From Chitinophagaceae bacterium (GTDB lineage: Bacteria; Bacteroidota; Bacteroidia; Chitinophagales; Chitinophagaceae), in NCBI GenBank assembly GCA_031387825.1, contig JANNDO010000038.1, forward strand, positions 16,114 to 80,113: 64,000 nt of DNA, read 5' to 3'. The translations under genes and the position numbers were made by a program. Shown here piece after piece: positions 1-9,778 of the stretch. The notes beneath the pieces are model-generated. The model was given only the letters and a program-made list of their open reading frames with translations. It was not told the origin of the DNA and did not search any database. Numbering within the stretch: position 1 is the stretch's first letter; each line of letters starts with the position of its first letter.

Positions 1-317
1 TGGAATTGGTGCTTGGGCCTTTCCAGGGCCCGGTGGCCTGCACAAGAATTAAAAAAGGAAGAGGTGTTTGCGGAACCGCCTGGCAAAAAGCAGCAACACT
101 TATTGTTGATGATGTTGAAAAATTTCCCGGACATATTGCCTGCAGCAGTTTATCCAGGTCAGAAATTGTAGTACCCATCATCTGTAACAATGAGGTCCTT
201 GGCGTACTGGATGTGGACAGTGAATTATTGGCTGAGTTTGACGAAACAGATAAAAAATATTTGGAGGAGATTGTAGCAGCGATACCCCTGTCTCCGCCGG
301 CTGGCAGAGAACTTTGA
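1..317 (+). CDS. msrC: GAF-domain protein, free methionine-R-sulfoxide reductase family (5' partial)
   Basis: Frame is open from the window edge. Motifs LGPFQGPVAC, GVCGTAW, PGHIAC and SEIVVP are typical of fRMsr/YebR. Confidence 0.85.
   Translation, partial: ELVLGPFQGPVACTRIKKGRGVCGTAWQKAATLIVDDVEKFPGHIACSSLSRSEIVVPIICNNEVLGVLDVDSELLAEFDETDKKYLEEIVAAIPLSPPAGREL
281..314 (+). repeat. REP-like palindromic element, copy 1, inside the GAF gene 3' end
   Basis: Core TCCGCCGGCTGGCAGA at 293-308 matches the copies at 405-420 (reverse strand) and 24882-24897. Confidence 0.7.
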
Positions 318-380
318 TTGTTACTTTAAAAATAATTTCCAACCTGTTTTAAAATAAAAAGTGATTTGATGAAAAGAGCT

Positions 381-1034
381 TTATCCTTTTTTACTCTTAG
401 TTCCTCTGCCAGCTGGCGGAGGCGGAGGGGGTGTATTATCCTTCCATCCCCACAAATACCTGCAGGCATAGGTTCTGTAAGGGCTCCACTTTTTTGAAAC
501 AGCCAGCATTTTCTCTTTCATTGCTTTTTTATCTGTTGCATCTACTTTATAGATTTTGCAAATTGCCTGTTGAATACCCAGGTCATCTACTGCAAAAACA
601 TCTTCTCTTCCTAAAGTAAACATCAATATCATTTCCACAGTCCATTGACCCACACCTTTTATCTGCGTTAGATATTTTATTACCTCATCATTGCTCATTT
701 TGTATAATCCGTCATCGGTTAGCTTTTCTTCAATAAAAAACCTGGAGACATTCAGCACATAGTTTGCTTTTGCATTACTGAGGCCGATACCCCGCAATGT
801 TACGAATGCGGTTTCTGAAATTTGTTTGGCGGTTGGTACTTTACCTGCATACAGGTCTATAAACCGATGGTGAAAAACATCGGCCACTTTAGTACTCAGT
901 TGCTGACTCATGATGGAGTAGCAGAGATGCAGGTATACGTTTTTTGTTTTTCGTAATATAATGGGTTCCTGCAGCTCAAGGATTTTTTTTAATTTTTTGT
1001 CTTTGGACAAATGGGCAATATGCTGCATCTGCAA
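381..1034 (-). CDS. DNA-3-methyladenine glycosylase II (AlkA / HhH-GPD family)
   Basis: SQQLSTK motif, HhH motif LTQIKGVGQWTVEM, DDLG, and WSPYRTYA. Confidence 0.9.
   Translation of the reverse strand: MQMQHIAHLSKDKKLKKILELQEPIILRKTKNVYLHLCYSIMSQQLSTKVADVFHHRFIDLYAGKVPTAKQISETAFVTLRGIGLSNAKANYVLNVSRFFIEEKLTDDGLYKMSNDEVIKYLTQIKGVGQWTVEMILMFTLGREDVFAVDDLGIQQAICKIYKVDATDKKAMKEKMLAVSKKWSPYRTYACRYLWGWKDNTPPPPPPAGRGTKSKKG
399..433 (-). repeat. REP-like palindromic element, copy 2, inside the AlkA-family gene 3' end
   Basis: Minus strand reads ACACCCCCTCCGCCTCCGCCAGCTGGCAGAGGAACT. It is inverted relative to copy 1. Confidence 0.7.
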
Positions 1035-1147
1035 TTAATTTGAATCAAATTTCTGGATATTTTCTTGTCTAATTAAAAACAAAAACGGTGAACTTTAAAT
1101 TAAAGTTCACCGCTTGTGCAGTAATTATAGGTTTTTCTTTAAAAATA

Positions 1148-2113
1148 TCAGGGTATCAATACTCTGTCTATCACATGTACTACTCCATTGCGGCTCATAA
1201 TATTTGTGGCAACTATATTCGAAAGATTGGTACCATTGCCATTGCCTTTAATAGTTGGGCCTCCTCCGGTACCATTTGTTAAATTAACAGTGGTGTTGCC
1301 GCCCGCCAGCATAGTAACGTTTCCATTAGCCAGATCAGACGAGAAAGCCCTTCCGCCCACTACATGATACCTTAAGACCGCCAGCAAGGTGGCTACCGGT
1401 ATATTGTTGATGTCGTTGAGACTCAATGCTGACAGCAGTTGTGTAAAAGCTGCATTGGTTGGTGCAAAAACAGTAATGGTTGCCGTACTTAATGTATTGA
1501 TCAGGTTTGGGTCACCTCCGGGTGCATTATTTGCCCTAACTATAGCTTTTACCAGCGAGTCAAGTCCAGAGCCTGCAGCTTGTGCTGTAGCTACAATGTT
1601 TCCCGAAGGTTTATTTAAGGCTTTTGATAAACGGTGTATTACTCCATTATCAGCAGTAATATCTGCCTGGGCAACTTTTATCCCATTCACGTAAATTCCA
1701 GATGCATTACTCGTTACAAATACAGAGTCTCCGCCTGCAGTAATCACTTTTGCATTCGGGCCGGCTGGAACCGATGTTGCAAGGATCTTTGAGCCTATTG
1801 TGTGATATAGCAACAGGTCACTTAATTGTGCTGTAGATAAAGCTGCTACTGTGGCTGATGTTATTCCTGCATTTGCAAAAGCTGTATTATCAGGTGCAAA
1901 AACAGTAAAAGGCCCAGTTCCGCTTAGTGTTGCTGATAATCCGGCTTTTACAACAGCTTCTTTTAATACGCTGTAGCTTGAGTTTTTTACCACTACATCA
2001 GTAATAGTGTTAGTAACAACAGGTGTTGGGTCTGAATCCTTTTTACAGGAAGCTAAACTGATCAATGAGCCAGTTAAGGCCAGAAATAAGATGTTTTTCG
2101 ATGATGTTTTCAT
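1148..2113 (-). CDS. Fasciclin (two FAS1 domains) lipoprotein
   Basis: Lipobox LASC. Two TVFAPxNxAF (H1) motifs and two NGVxHxI (H2) motifs. Confidence 0.9.
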   Translation of the reverse strand: MKTSSKNILFLALTGSLISLASCKKDSDPTPVVTNTITDVVVKNSSYSVLKEAVVKAGLSATLSGTGPFTVFAPDNTAFANAGITSATVAALSTAQLSDLLLYHTIGSKILATSVPAGPNAKVITAGGDSVFVTSNASGIYVNGIKVAQADITADNGVIHRLSKALNKPSGNIVATAQAAGSGLDSLVKAIVRANNAPGGDPNLINTLSTATITVFAPTNAAFTQLLSALSLNDINNIPVATLLAVLRYHVVGGRAFSSDLANGNVTMLAGGNTTVNLTNGTGGGPTIKGNGNGTNLSNIVATNIMSRNGVVHVIDRVLIP

Positions 2114-2218
2114 TTGTTTAATGTTTTTTGTATAATCTTAAACAGGGTAAAAATAATTTTGTTCACTTATTTTCTAATAATTTTTATTTCAAAATGTTTG
2201 TTTAAGTTTTTAATAAAA

Positions 2219-2244
2219 AAAGCTGTTCAATATTGAACAGCTTT
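2219..2244 (-). terminator. Intrinsic terminator of cysS
   Basis: Perfect 26-bp palindrome AAAGCTGTTCAATATTGAACAGCTTT followed by a T-run on the minus strand. Confidence 0.8.
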
Positions 2245-2267
2245 GCATTTCTATATTCTTAATTTTT

Positions 2268-3758
2268 TCAAAATATTTCCCACTTCATCTCTCCGCCTTT
2301 TTCATCTTTAAGGTTAATCCCTATTGTCGTCAATTGTTTTCTTATTTTATCACTGGTTGCAAAATCTCTTTTTGTTTTAGCTTCCTTTCTTATATCTATT
2401 AACAGGTCCATCACGCCTTTCAGCTTTTCATCATTTATTGAAATGTTTTTTAACCCAAATACATTTTCGAGATAAGCCATGAATTTTTCCTGCAACAATA
2501 CTAAAGTTGCCGGTGAAATTGCATCTGCTTTTATCAACCCGTCTTTTATTGAATTAATGATTGGCACAAGTTCAAACATATTACCTAAAACTTTTGCCGT
2601 ATTAAAGTCATCATTCATGAACTCATCAAATTCATTTACCAGCTTATTCACTTTACCATCCAGTTCAGGGTCACTTGCTTCTCCCTTGTTACTTGCAGCT
2701 TGCAGCTTCTTCAACACTTCATATGCATCCCACAACCTCTTCAATCCTTTTTCCGATGCCTGTAATGCTTCATTACTAAAATCAAGCGTACTCCGGTAAT
2801 GTGTCTGCAGCATAAAAAATCTTACCGTCATTGGTGCATAGGCTTTCTCAAGCAAAGGGTGATTGCCGGTAAATAATTCTTCCGGTAAAAATCCATTACC
2901 CAGCGATTTACTCATTCTTGTTCCGTTCACAGTAAGCATGTTGGTATGCATCCAATACCTGGCCGGGCTGGTGTGGTAGCATGCCTGGCTTTGTGCAATC
3001 TCATTGGTATGGTGTGTGGCAGCAAGGTCCATTCCGCCACCGTGTATATCAAATTGCTTTCCTAAATATTTTTCACTCATGGCCGAGCATTCAATATGCC
3101 ATCCCGGGAAACCCATGCCCCATGGGCTTGGCCATTGCATTAAATGTTCGGGTTTGGCTTTTATCCATAACGCAAAATCAAGCCTCCCTCTTTTTTCATC
3201 CTGTCCGCCAAGCTCTCTTGTTCCTTCCAGCAAGTCATCCATCTTTCGGTTGGTAAGAATGCCATAAGGCTGCTCCTTATTATATTTTTCTACGTCAAAA
3301 TAAATAGTGCCGCTAACTTCATAAGCATAACCATTAGATAATATTTGCTGAGTCATTTCTATCTGCTCTGCAATATGCCCGGTAGCTGTTGGTTCAATAG
3401 ATGGTGGCAGATTGTTCAGCAACTGCATCACGTGCCGGAATCCCAATGTGTATTTCTGAACAATTTCCATAGGTTCCACCTGTTGCAGCCTCGCTATTTT
3501 ACTGAACTTATCATCTCCTTCATCACGATCGCCTTCCAGGTGGCCGGCATCGGTTATGTTACGAACGTAGCGGACCTTATAACCCAGGTAAACCAGGTAA
3601 CGGTAAATAATATCAAAAGAGATGAACGTACGGCAGTTGCCCAGGTGTACATCGCTGTACACTGTTGGGCCACACACATACATACCCACATGGTCGGGCG
3701 TAAGCGGCGTAAATATTTCTTTCTCTCTTGAAAGTGTATTATAAATTTTTAATGGCAT
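2268..3758 (-). CDS. cysS: Cysteine--tRNA ligase
   Basis: MYVCGPTVY, HLGN (HIGH), WHIECSAMS and RMSKS (KMSKS) motifs. Confidence 0.98.
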   Translation of the reverse strand: MPLKIYNTLSREKEIFTPLTPDHVGMYVCGPTVYSDVHLGNCRTFISFDIIYRYLVYLGYKVRYVRNITDAGHLEGDRDEGDDKFSKIARLQQVEPMEIVQKYTLGFRHVMQLLNNLPPSIEPTATGHIAEQIEMTQQILSNGYAYEVSGTIYFDVEKYNKEQPYGILTNRKMDDLLEGTRELGGQDEKRGRLDFALWIKAKPEHLMQWPSPWGMGFPGWHIECSAMSEKYLGKQFDIHGGGMDLAATHHTNEIAQSQACYHTSPARYWMHTNMLTVNGTRMSKSLGNGFLPEELFTGNHPLLEKAYAPMTVRFFMLQTHYRSTLDFSNEALQASEKGLKRLWDAYEVLKKLQAASNKGEASDPELDGKVNKLVNEFDEFMNDDFNTAKVLGNMFELVPIINSIKDGLIKADAISPATLVLLQEKFMAYLENVFGLKNISINDEKLKGVMDLLIDIRKEAKTKRDFATSDKIRKQLTTIGINLKDEKGGEMKWEIF

Positions 3759-3800
3759 ATTTTTTATTTTGTACCCGGCTTCAGATTATTAATTAAACAT

Positions 3801-3856
3801 CCTTGCGTCGCACTCTTGGGCTGAGCGAAGTCGAAGCATCAGCTATAAGCAACGAT
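3801..3856. repeat. REP-like hairpin element in the cysS 5' region
   Basis: Stem-loop GCTGAGC-GAAGTCGAA-GCATCAGC at 3820-3843. The CTGAGCGAAGTCGAAG core resembles dispersed Bacteroidota repeats (from recollection). Only one copy in this window. Confidence 0.45.
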
Positions 3857-3880
3857 TAAAACGTAAATGTAAATTTTTTA

Positions 3881-3888
3881 CAAAGATA
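3881..3888 (-). promoter_or_regulatory. Bacteroidota -7 promoter element (TATCTTTG) for cysS
   Basis: CAAAGATA on the + strand equals TAnnTTTG on the minus strand. Confidence 0.5.
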
Positions 3889-3958
3889 TTAAGCTATGCC
3901 GCAAGGGCAACAGAAAACATGGTATGATTTGAACTTTGTCATGAAGAGTGCTAAGGTA

Positions 3959-5089
3959 TTACTTTTTGCCCAATTCTATATCTGCAATGATGGGAAAATG
4001 GTCGCTCAGTTTTTTAGGGATGCGTAAAAACTGCAGTACCTCAAATTTATTATCAACAAAAATATTATCGATCCGCAAAACAGGCGAAATGCCGGTAAAG
4101 GTCCTGCCTAAGCCGGCACCTTTTTCTACAAATACATTTTTCATTCCCTTACCGATAGTATGATAAGCATAGCTGTTGGGCACATCATTAAAGTCGCCGG
4201 TGATGATAACCGGGTATGGGCTTTTATCCATTTCGGCCCTTATCCTGTCAGCCTGGATCTGTCTTTTTAAAAAACCTCGTTTAAACTTCCCGATTATGTT
4301 TTTTGATTCCTTGATCGTATTCTCTTTTTCAACTGTTGGCTTCTCAATATATTTCAAATTGGCCCGGCTGAATCTTAAAGATTGTAAATGCACATTAAAT
4401 ACCCGGATCGTATCGGCTCCTTTTACAATATCCACATATTGAAAAATTGAATTGTAGTCGTTAGGATAGAAGGAAATTGTTTTTTTATTGATGATGGGAT
4501 ATTTAGAAAAGACAATGATCCCAAAATGGGCATAGCCCCAAAAATCTTCTTTTACATTGTAAGAATAAAAATAATCGGGAAATTTAAGCTTTTCCAAAAA
4601 CTCATTAATATGCCCGTGATTTTTTATGGTGCTGTCCTCTGCCACCATTTCCTGGAAACAGGCAATATCGGGTTGGTAATTATTGATAATGTCAAACATC
4701 TGGTTCTTTTCCTGCGGATGTTTTTTATTATTAAGCACATTAAACTGTGCCACATTCCAGGTCATTACCCGTAAGGTTTCTTCCTTTTTGTTTTTATCAA
4801 AAGAGCTTGAAAGTCTGAGGGGTAAAATATTTTTGACAGGTATATAAGCAAGCCCTATAGCAATGAGTGAAATCAGCGACCAGCGGGGTTTTACAAATAA
4901 CCAGAAAATAATAAAGAGAACCAGCAGCAGTAAAAAATAAAAAGCAGATAAGGTAAGAAAACCAATAGGCCAGAAATATTGAGGATTAAACCAATAGCCA
5001 TAACAACCCAATAAAAAAACTAATGCCAAAAAAATATTGGTAAGGATGAAAAATTTTTTAGTCAGCCTGCGGAAAAAGTTTTTGGACAT
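3959..5089 (-). CDS. Endonuclease/exonuclease/phosphatase family membrane protein
   Basis: N-terminal TM helices. Motifs MTWNV, CFQE, NVHLQS, GDFND, RIDNIF and SDHFP. Confidence 0.9.
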   Translation of the reverse strand: MSKNFFRRLTKKFFILTNIFLALVFLLGCYGYWFNPQYFWPIGFLTLSAFYFLLLLVLFIIFWLFVKPRWSLISLIAIGLAYIPVKNILPLRLSSSFDKNKKEETLRVMTWNVAQFNVLNNKKHPQEKNQMFDIINNYQPDIACFQEMVAEDSTIKNHGHINEFLEKLKFPDYFYSYNVKEDFWGYAHFGIIVFSKYPIINKKTISFYPNDYNSIFQYVDIVKGADTIRVFNVHLQSLRFSRANLKYIEKPTVEKENTIKESKNIIGKFKRGFLKRQIQADRIRAEMDKSPYPVIITGDFNDVPNSYAYHTIGKGMKNVFVEKGAGLGRTFTGISPVLRIDNIFVDNKFEVLQFLRIPKKLSDHFPIIADIELGKK

Positions 5090-5157
5090 GCTATAAAGAT
5101 ACGATTTGAAATAAATGCCTGCTGTTAAATTGATGAGTGGTCAACTTGTTAAACGGT

Positions 5158-6090
5158 TCATTCTTCGCTTGCTCTTTTAAGAATGATCTTCTCTTCTTCA
5201 GTAAGATACTGGTAACCTTTTTGATTGATCTTGTCGAGTATCTCATCGATCCGCTGTTCAGTAACATTGGAGGTTTTGCTGAAAGGCTTTCTGTTACCCG
5301 TATTATAAAAAACTTTTTCTTTGGCTGAGTAGCCATTCTTCTTTCTGTCAGGATTAAAAAGATTGATAAACCAGCTATATAAACTATTCATCCAGGTACT
5401 GCCATCTATTTTGCGACGCAACAAAAGCACAAATAAAAACCCGGCTATTGCTCCGCCAATATGTGCAATAGCAAGCGCTGCATTTTGTGAAGCTATCCCT
5501 GCAAGGTCAATCACAATATAAAAAACGGTAAGCACCCAGATCGGAATTCCTCCCCTGATATGCCTGAAAAACCGATAGTCAGGCGCAATGATGGTAGCGG
5601 CAACTGCTACAGCCATAACCGCTGCGTTGGCGCCCAGTAAACCGGCTGTCTCTATCACTGCCTTGTTTGCAGGAATTAAATAACCGGCCAAAATAAAGAA
5701 CAATGCTCCGGCAAGCCCCCCATATAAATAAACAGGAATCAGTTTTTTATTGCCGGTTAAGTTCTGAAGAATAGATCCAAAAGCCCATAGCCATAACATA
5801 TTGCTTATGGCCCTGAATAATATCACATCGCTGAACATATAGGAAAGAACAGCCCAGGGCCTTTGGCTTAGTTTGGTAAGACTGGCCGGCAACTGAAACC
5901 AGTTTACTACCTGTGTATAAAAAACATTTTGTGATTGCTCATTAACTGAGAGGCCAACTTTTACGGTGAGTAATATCAAATAGAAAATTACATTGAGTAC
6001 AAAGAGCCACATCAATGCATTACCCGGTTGCCCAAGGGTAAACCGTTGTTTTTTTATTCTATATTCCCGGTAGCGGTCTGCTTCACCCAT
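5158..6090 (-). CDS. Rhomboid family intramembrane protein with C-terminal DUF6576-like tail
   Basis: SNMLWLWAFG and AHIGG motifs. Tail IDEILDKINQKGYQYLTEEEK. The catalytic GxS appears as GAN, so it may be inactive. Confidence 0.85.
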   Translation of the reverse strand: MGEADRYREYRIKKQRFTLGQPGNALMWLFVLNVIFYLILLTVKVGLSVNEQSQNVFYTQVVNWFQLPASLTKLSQRPWAVLSYMFSDVILFRAISNMLWLWAFGSILQNLTGNKKLIPVYLYGGLAGALFFILAGYLIPANKAVIETAGLLGANAAVMAVAVAATIIAPDYRFFRHIRGGIPIWVLTVFYIVIDLAGIASQNAALAIAHIGGAIAGFLFVLLLRRKIDGSTWMNSLYSWFINLFNPDRKKNGYSAKEKVFYNTGNRKPFSKTSNVTEQRIDEILDKINQKGYQYLTEEEKIILKRASEE

Positions 6091-6149
6091 AATAATAAAA
6101 GGCTTTACAAGGCAAAATTACAAACAGTTAAAACAAAGATGTGTTAGTA

Positions 6150-6764
6150 TTAATAGAAAGTTTTTTTATTGGTCTTATTCCACATCAACACCAAAATAAA
6201 GCCCATGGCCAACCCTCCAAGGTGAGCAAAGTGTGCAATATTGCTTCCTGCAGAATATACGCCTCCAAAAAGATCAAACGCAGCCATGATGGCAACTGCG
6301 TATTTTGCTTTTACCGGAACAGGTATTGGAAATATGATCAATTGTGTATTTGGAAAAAGATACGCAAACGCAGCAAACAATCCCATGATAGCGCCTGAAG
6401 CACCGACAGCAGGAGCATTTTGTAAAACCAATTGTGCAACTGCCGCAGCTAATCCGCAGGCAAAGTAAAAAATAAAAAAACGTTTTGGGCCCCAAACCCT
6501 TTCCAGCATGCTTCCAAACATCCACAGCACAAACATGTTAAAGAAAAGATGGAAGAATCCACCATGTGCAAACATGTGTGTAACTAACTGGTATGGTTTA
6601 AAGGAAGGATCATTGTAAGGGAAAAGGGCAATCTTTCTTGTGATCTCTTCATTGGGGCCATCAAAAAATGCCTGGATGAAAAACACCAGTGCATTAATGA
6701 TTATTAAGTTCAATACTACCGGTGTGGTTTGTTGAAACCTGTTTCCGTAATTATTAAATGCCAT
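6150..6764 (-). CDS. Rhomboid family intramembrane serine protease
   Basis: HMFAHGG, HLFFNM, catalytic GASG and AHLGG. Confidence 0.93.
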   Translation of the reverse strand: MAFNNYGNRFQQTTPVVLNLIIINALVFFIQAFFDGPNEEITRKIALFPYNDPSFKPYQLVTHMFAHGGFFHLFFNMFVLWMFGSMLERVWGPKRFFIFYFACGLAAAVAQLVLQNAPAVGASGAIMGLFAAFAYLFPNTQLIIFPIPVPVKAKYAVAIMAAFDLFGGVYSAGSNIAHFAHLGGLAMGFILVLMWNKTNKKTFY

Positions 6765-6788
6765 TCTGCAAATTTAGTGGTTAAATGC

Positions 6789-8192
6789 TTATTTCAGTTT
6801 CAACAGCACCACACATTCAATATGATGGGTATGTGGGAACATATCAACCGGTTGAATTCTTTCTACTGTATATTTTTCACTGAGCAACGCTATATCTCTT
6901 GCCTGTGTTGCCGTATTGCAACTTACATAAACAATTTTTGGTGCTGCCATCTCCAAAAGTTTAATGACCAGTTTTTCATGCATACCGGCCCGTGGTGGGT
7001 CAGTTATGATCACATCCGGCCTTCCATGAGCAGCAAAAAATTCATCATTGCATATCTTAATTACATCCCCGGCAAAGAATTCGGCATGGTTAATATTGTT
7101 CAGTGACGCATTTTCTTTTGCGTCGGCAATGGCTTCTTCTATTACCTCAACACCAATTATTTTTTTTGCTCCCTTGCTTACAAAAATGCCAATACTGCCG
7201 GTTCCGCAATAGAGATCATACACAATTTCTTTTCCGGTAAGCCCTGCAAAATCTCTTGTTATACTATATAGCTTCTCTGCCTGTTTTGTATTGGTTTGAA
7301 AAAATGATTTGGCTGATATCTTAAATTGAAACTCACCCAGTTTTTCTATTGCATGGCCTTTACCAAAATATACTTGTGGAGTAAGATCATAAATACTGTC
7401 ATTCCATTTAGGATTAATGGTAAACAGCAATGTGGTTATGGCCGGAACTTTTGCAAGCAAATGGTCAAACAGTTTTTTCCGGTCTTCTTCCGCATCATAA
7501 TTCAGGCAGATATTGACCATCAGTTCACCGGTTGTGCAAAGCCGTATAATTATATTCCGGAGCCATCCTGTATGTTCCCGTATATCGTAAAAAGAAAAAT
7601 TATTTTCCAACGCAAATAAGCGAATGGTGTTTCTTACCTGGTTATTCACGTCATCCATCAGGTAACATTCCTGTATATCGATCACCTTATCAAAAATTCT
7701 CGATACATGAAAGCCTAAACCGCTTTCCTGGATAGGGCTTTCTGAAGCTATCTCCTCCGGTAATAAATACCGTTTATTGCTGAAAGTAAATTCTAATTTA
7801 TTGCGGTAATGAATCGTTTCGGCTCCGCCAATGATTGGTGATATTTCGGGTAAGTCTGTTTTACCAATACGCCGCAGGTTTTGTTCCACTTCCTGCTGCT
7901 TGTAAGCTAATTGTTTTTCATAAGGTAACATCTGCCATTTGCACCCACCACAAATACCAAAATGTTTACAAAACGGGCTAACCCTTTCTTTAGCGTATTC
8001 TTTAATGTGTACAACCCTGCCTTCGGCCCAGTCTTTTTTATTTTTTGTAAGTAATACATCAGCCACGTCGCCCGGTACAGCCCCCGATATAAATATCACT
8101 TTGCCGTCCTGTTTTGCCAGGGCCTTACCTTCAGCTGCATAGCCGGTGATCAACAGGTTCTCCAGTATTATCTTCTTATTTTTTTTTCTCAC
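6789..8192 (-). CDS. rlmD: 23S rRNA (uracil-1939-C5)-methyltransferase
   Basis: TRAM domain, CGGCKWQ, SFFQTN, DLYCGTG, TDPPRAG, YVSCN and VDMFPHT. Confidence 0.95.
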   Translation of the reverse strand: MRKKNKKIILENLLITGYAAEGKALAKQDGKVIFISGAVPGDVADVLLTKNKKDWAEGRVVHIKEYAKERVSPFCKHFGICGGCKWQMLPYEKQLAYKQQEVEQNLRRIGKTDLPEISPIIGGAETIHYRNKLEFTFSNKRYLLPEEIASESPIQESGLGFHVSRIFDKVIDIQECYLMDDVNNQVRNTIRLFALENNFSFYDIREHTGWLRNIIIRLCTTGELMVNICLNYDAEEDRKKLFDHLLAKVPAITTLLFTINPKWNDSIYDLTPQVYFGKGHAIEKLGEFQFKISAKSFFQTNTKQAEKLYSITRDFAGLTGKEIVYDLYCGTGSIGIFVSKGAKKIIGVEVIEEAIADAKENASLNNINHAEFFAGDVIKICNDEFFAAHGRPDVIITDPPRAGMHEKLVIKLLEMAAPKIVYVSCNTATQARDIALLSEKYTVERIQPVDMFPHTHHIECVVLLKLK

Positions 8193-8320
8193 AGCAGCAA
8201 AAATACCGTTTAAATCATCAAGTATATTTTGTTAACGATTTGTAATTGTTACACCGGGTAAATAAAGCCGGCTGAAGATTAACCAACGATTTTAAATACA
8301 TTTGCTAACCAAAAAATACA

Positions 8321-9763
8321 ATGAAAAAATACTTTGTTTTCTTTTTTGCAGCAATTGCCTTTAGCCCGGTTTTCAGCCAGGGCTACCAGATTAACCTTCA
8401 GGCTCCGGCTTTTAAAAGCGGTATTACCTACCTGACCTATTACATGGGCACTAACTTTAATATTGCCGACTCGGCCGCCATAAGCAGTAAAGGAACGGCC
8501 GTTTTTAAAGGTGCCACAAAACTCCCTTCGGGTATCTATGCTATTTTCCTGCCCGGTAAACGTTTACGGGTTGAGTTTTTAATGGATAAACAGCAGGTTA
8601 TATCTGTGGTTGTTGATACTACCGACATGATCAATAAAACCATTGTAACCGGATCGAAAGACAATATCCTGTATGCACAGTATCAAAAATTCACTGCAGT
8701 AAAAGGTAAACAATTAGAGCAGGAGCGTATAGCTTATGCAAATTCGTTAAACATTATGGACTCAACGCTTCATGCAAATAATTATAATACCTACAATAAA
8801 CAATTGACTGAATATCGTGAAGGAATCATAAAAAGCCAACCCTCCTCCATGATGGCTGCATTATTAAACGCTATGAAAGAGCCGTTTTATCCTGCGGCCG
8901 TTGCGGTTACAAAACAGGATTCCATCAATAATTATAATGAATACAAAAATCATTACTGGGATGGAATAACTTTTATGGATGACCGGATAATCCGGACTCC
9001 GTTTTTTTTAAAAAAACTGGAGCGCTATTACCGGGAAGTTATTTCGCCTTCGGCAGATAGTATCATAAAAGATGCAGATTATAAATTATTGCTGGCAAGA
9101 TCAGCACCGGAGATGTATAAGTTTTTGCTGAACTGGCTTACTGATGAATTTATAACTCCTAAATACATGGGGCAGGATGCTGTATTTGTTCATCTTTTTG
9201 AAAAGTACCACAGTAAAGGTTTAAGTAAATGGCTGAATGAAAAACAGATGGAGAGCATCAGCCGGAGAGCCTATATGCTCATGGCAAATTTAATTGGTGA
9301 TAAGGGTGCCGACCTGGATATGATTGATGTTAATGATAAACCGTCTCCATTATATAACTTAAGTGCCGATTACACTGTCATTTGTTTTTGGGACCCCAAT
9401 TGCGGGCATTGCAAGGAAGAGGTGCCCAGGCTTGATTCCATATACCGTGCCCGATGGAAGGGCCACAATGTAAAAATCTATGCAGTACTTACACCTGAAG
9501 GAAAAGAAAATGTAAAACCGGAATGGTTAAGTTTTATCAAGGACCATAATCTTTCGGACTGGACACATGTTTACAAAACCAAAGAAATGGAAGCTGCAGA
9601 CCTGGCTGCACAAAAACCAAGCTTTCGTCAATTATATGATATTACCATGACCCCCACCTTATATTTGCTTGATAAGGATAAGCGTATTATCGGCAAAAAA
9701 CTCACCTTGCTTCAATTAAACGACCTGCTGCAGGTGAAATGGAGTAAAAACCCTTCGAATTAA
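8321..9763 (+). CDS. Secreted DUF5106 + TlpA/redoxin-like protein
   Basis: Signal peptide, HYWD motif, and thioredoxin-fold motif WDPNCGHC. Confidence 0.8.
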   Translation: MKKYFVFFFAAIAFSPVFSQGYQINLQAPAFKSGITYLTYYMGTNFNIADSAAISSKGTAVFKGATKLPSGIYAIFLPGKRLRVEFLMDKQQVISVVVDTTDMINKTIVTGSKDNILYAQYQKFTAVKGKQLEQERIAYANSLNIMDSTLHANNYNTYNKQLTEYREGIIKSQPSSMMAALLNAMKEPFYPAAVAVTKQDSINNYNEYKNHYWDGITFMDDRIIRTPFFLKKLERYYREVISPSADSIIKDADYKLLLARSAPEMYKFLLNWLTDEFITPKYMGQDAVFVHLFEKYHSKGLSKWLNEKQMESISRRAYMLMANLIGDKGADLDMIDVNDKPSPLYNLSADYTVICFWDPNCGHCKEEVPRLDSIYRARWKGHNVKIYAVLTPEGKENVKPEWLSFIKDHNLSDWTHVYKTKEMEAADLAAQKPSFRQLYDITMTPTLYLLDKDKRIIGKKLTLLQLNDLLQVKWSKNPSN

Positions 9764-9778
9764 AAAACATATCAACTG

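Noticed and set aside
3959-6764. Tandem rhomboids plus EEP protein as a novel system
   Set aside because: To my knowledge this is a common Bacteroidota arrangement. Nothing unusual beyond the GAN in place of GAS in one copy.
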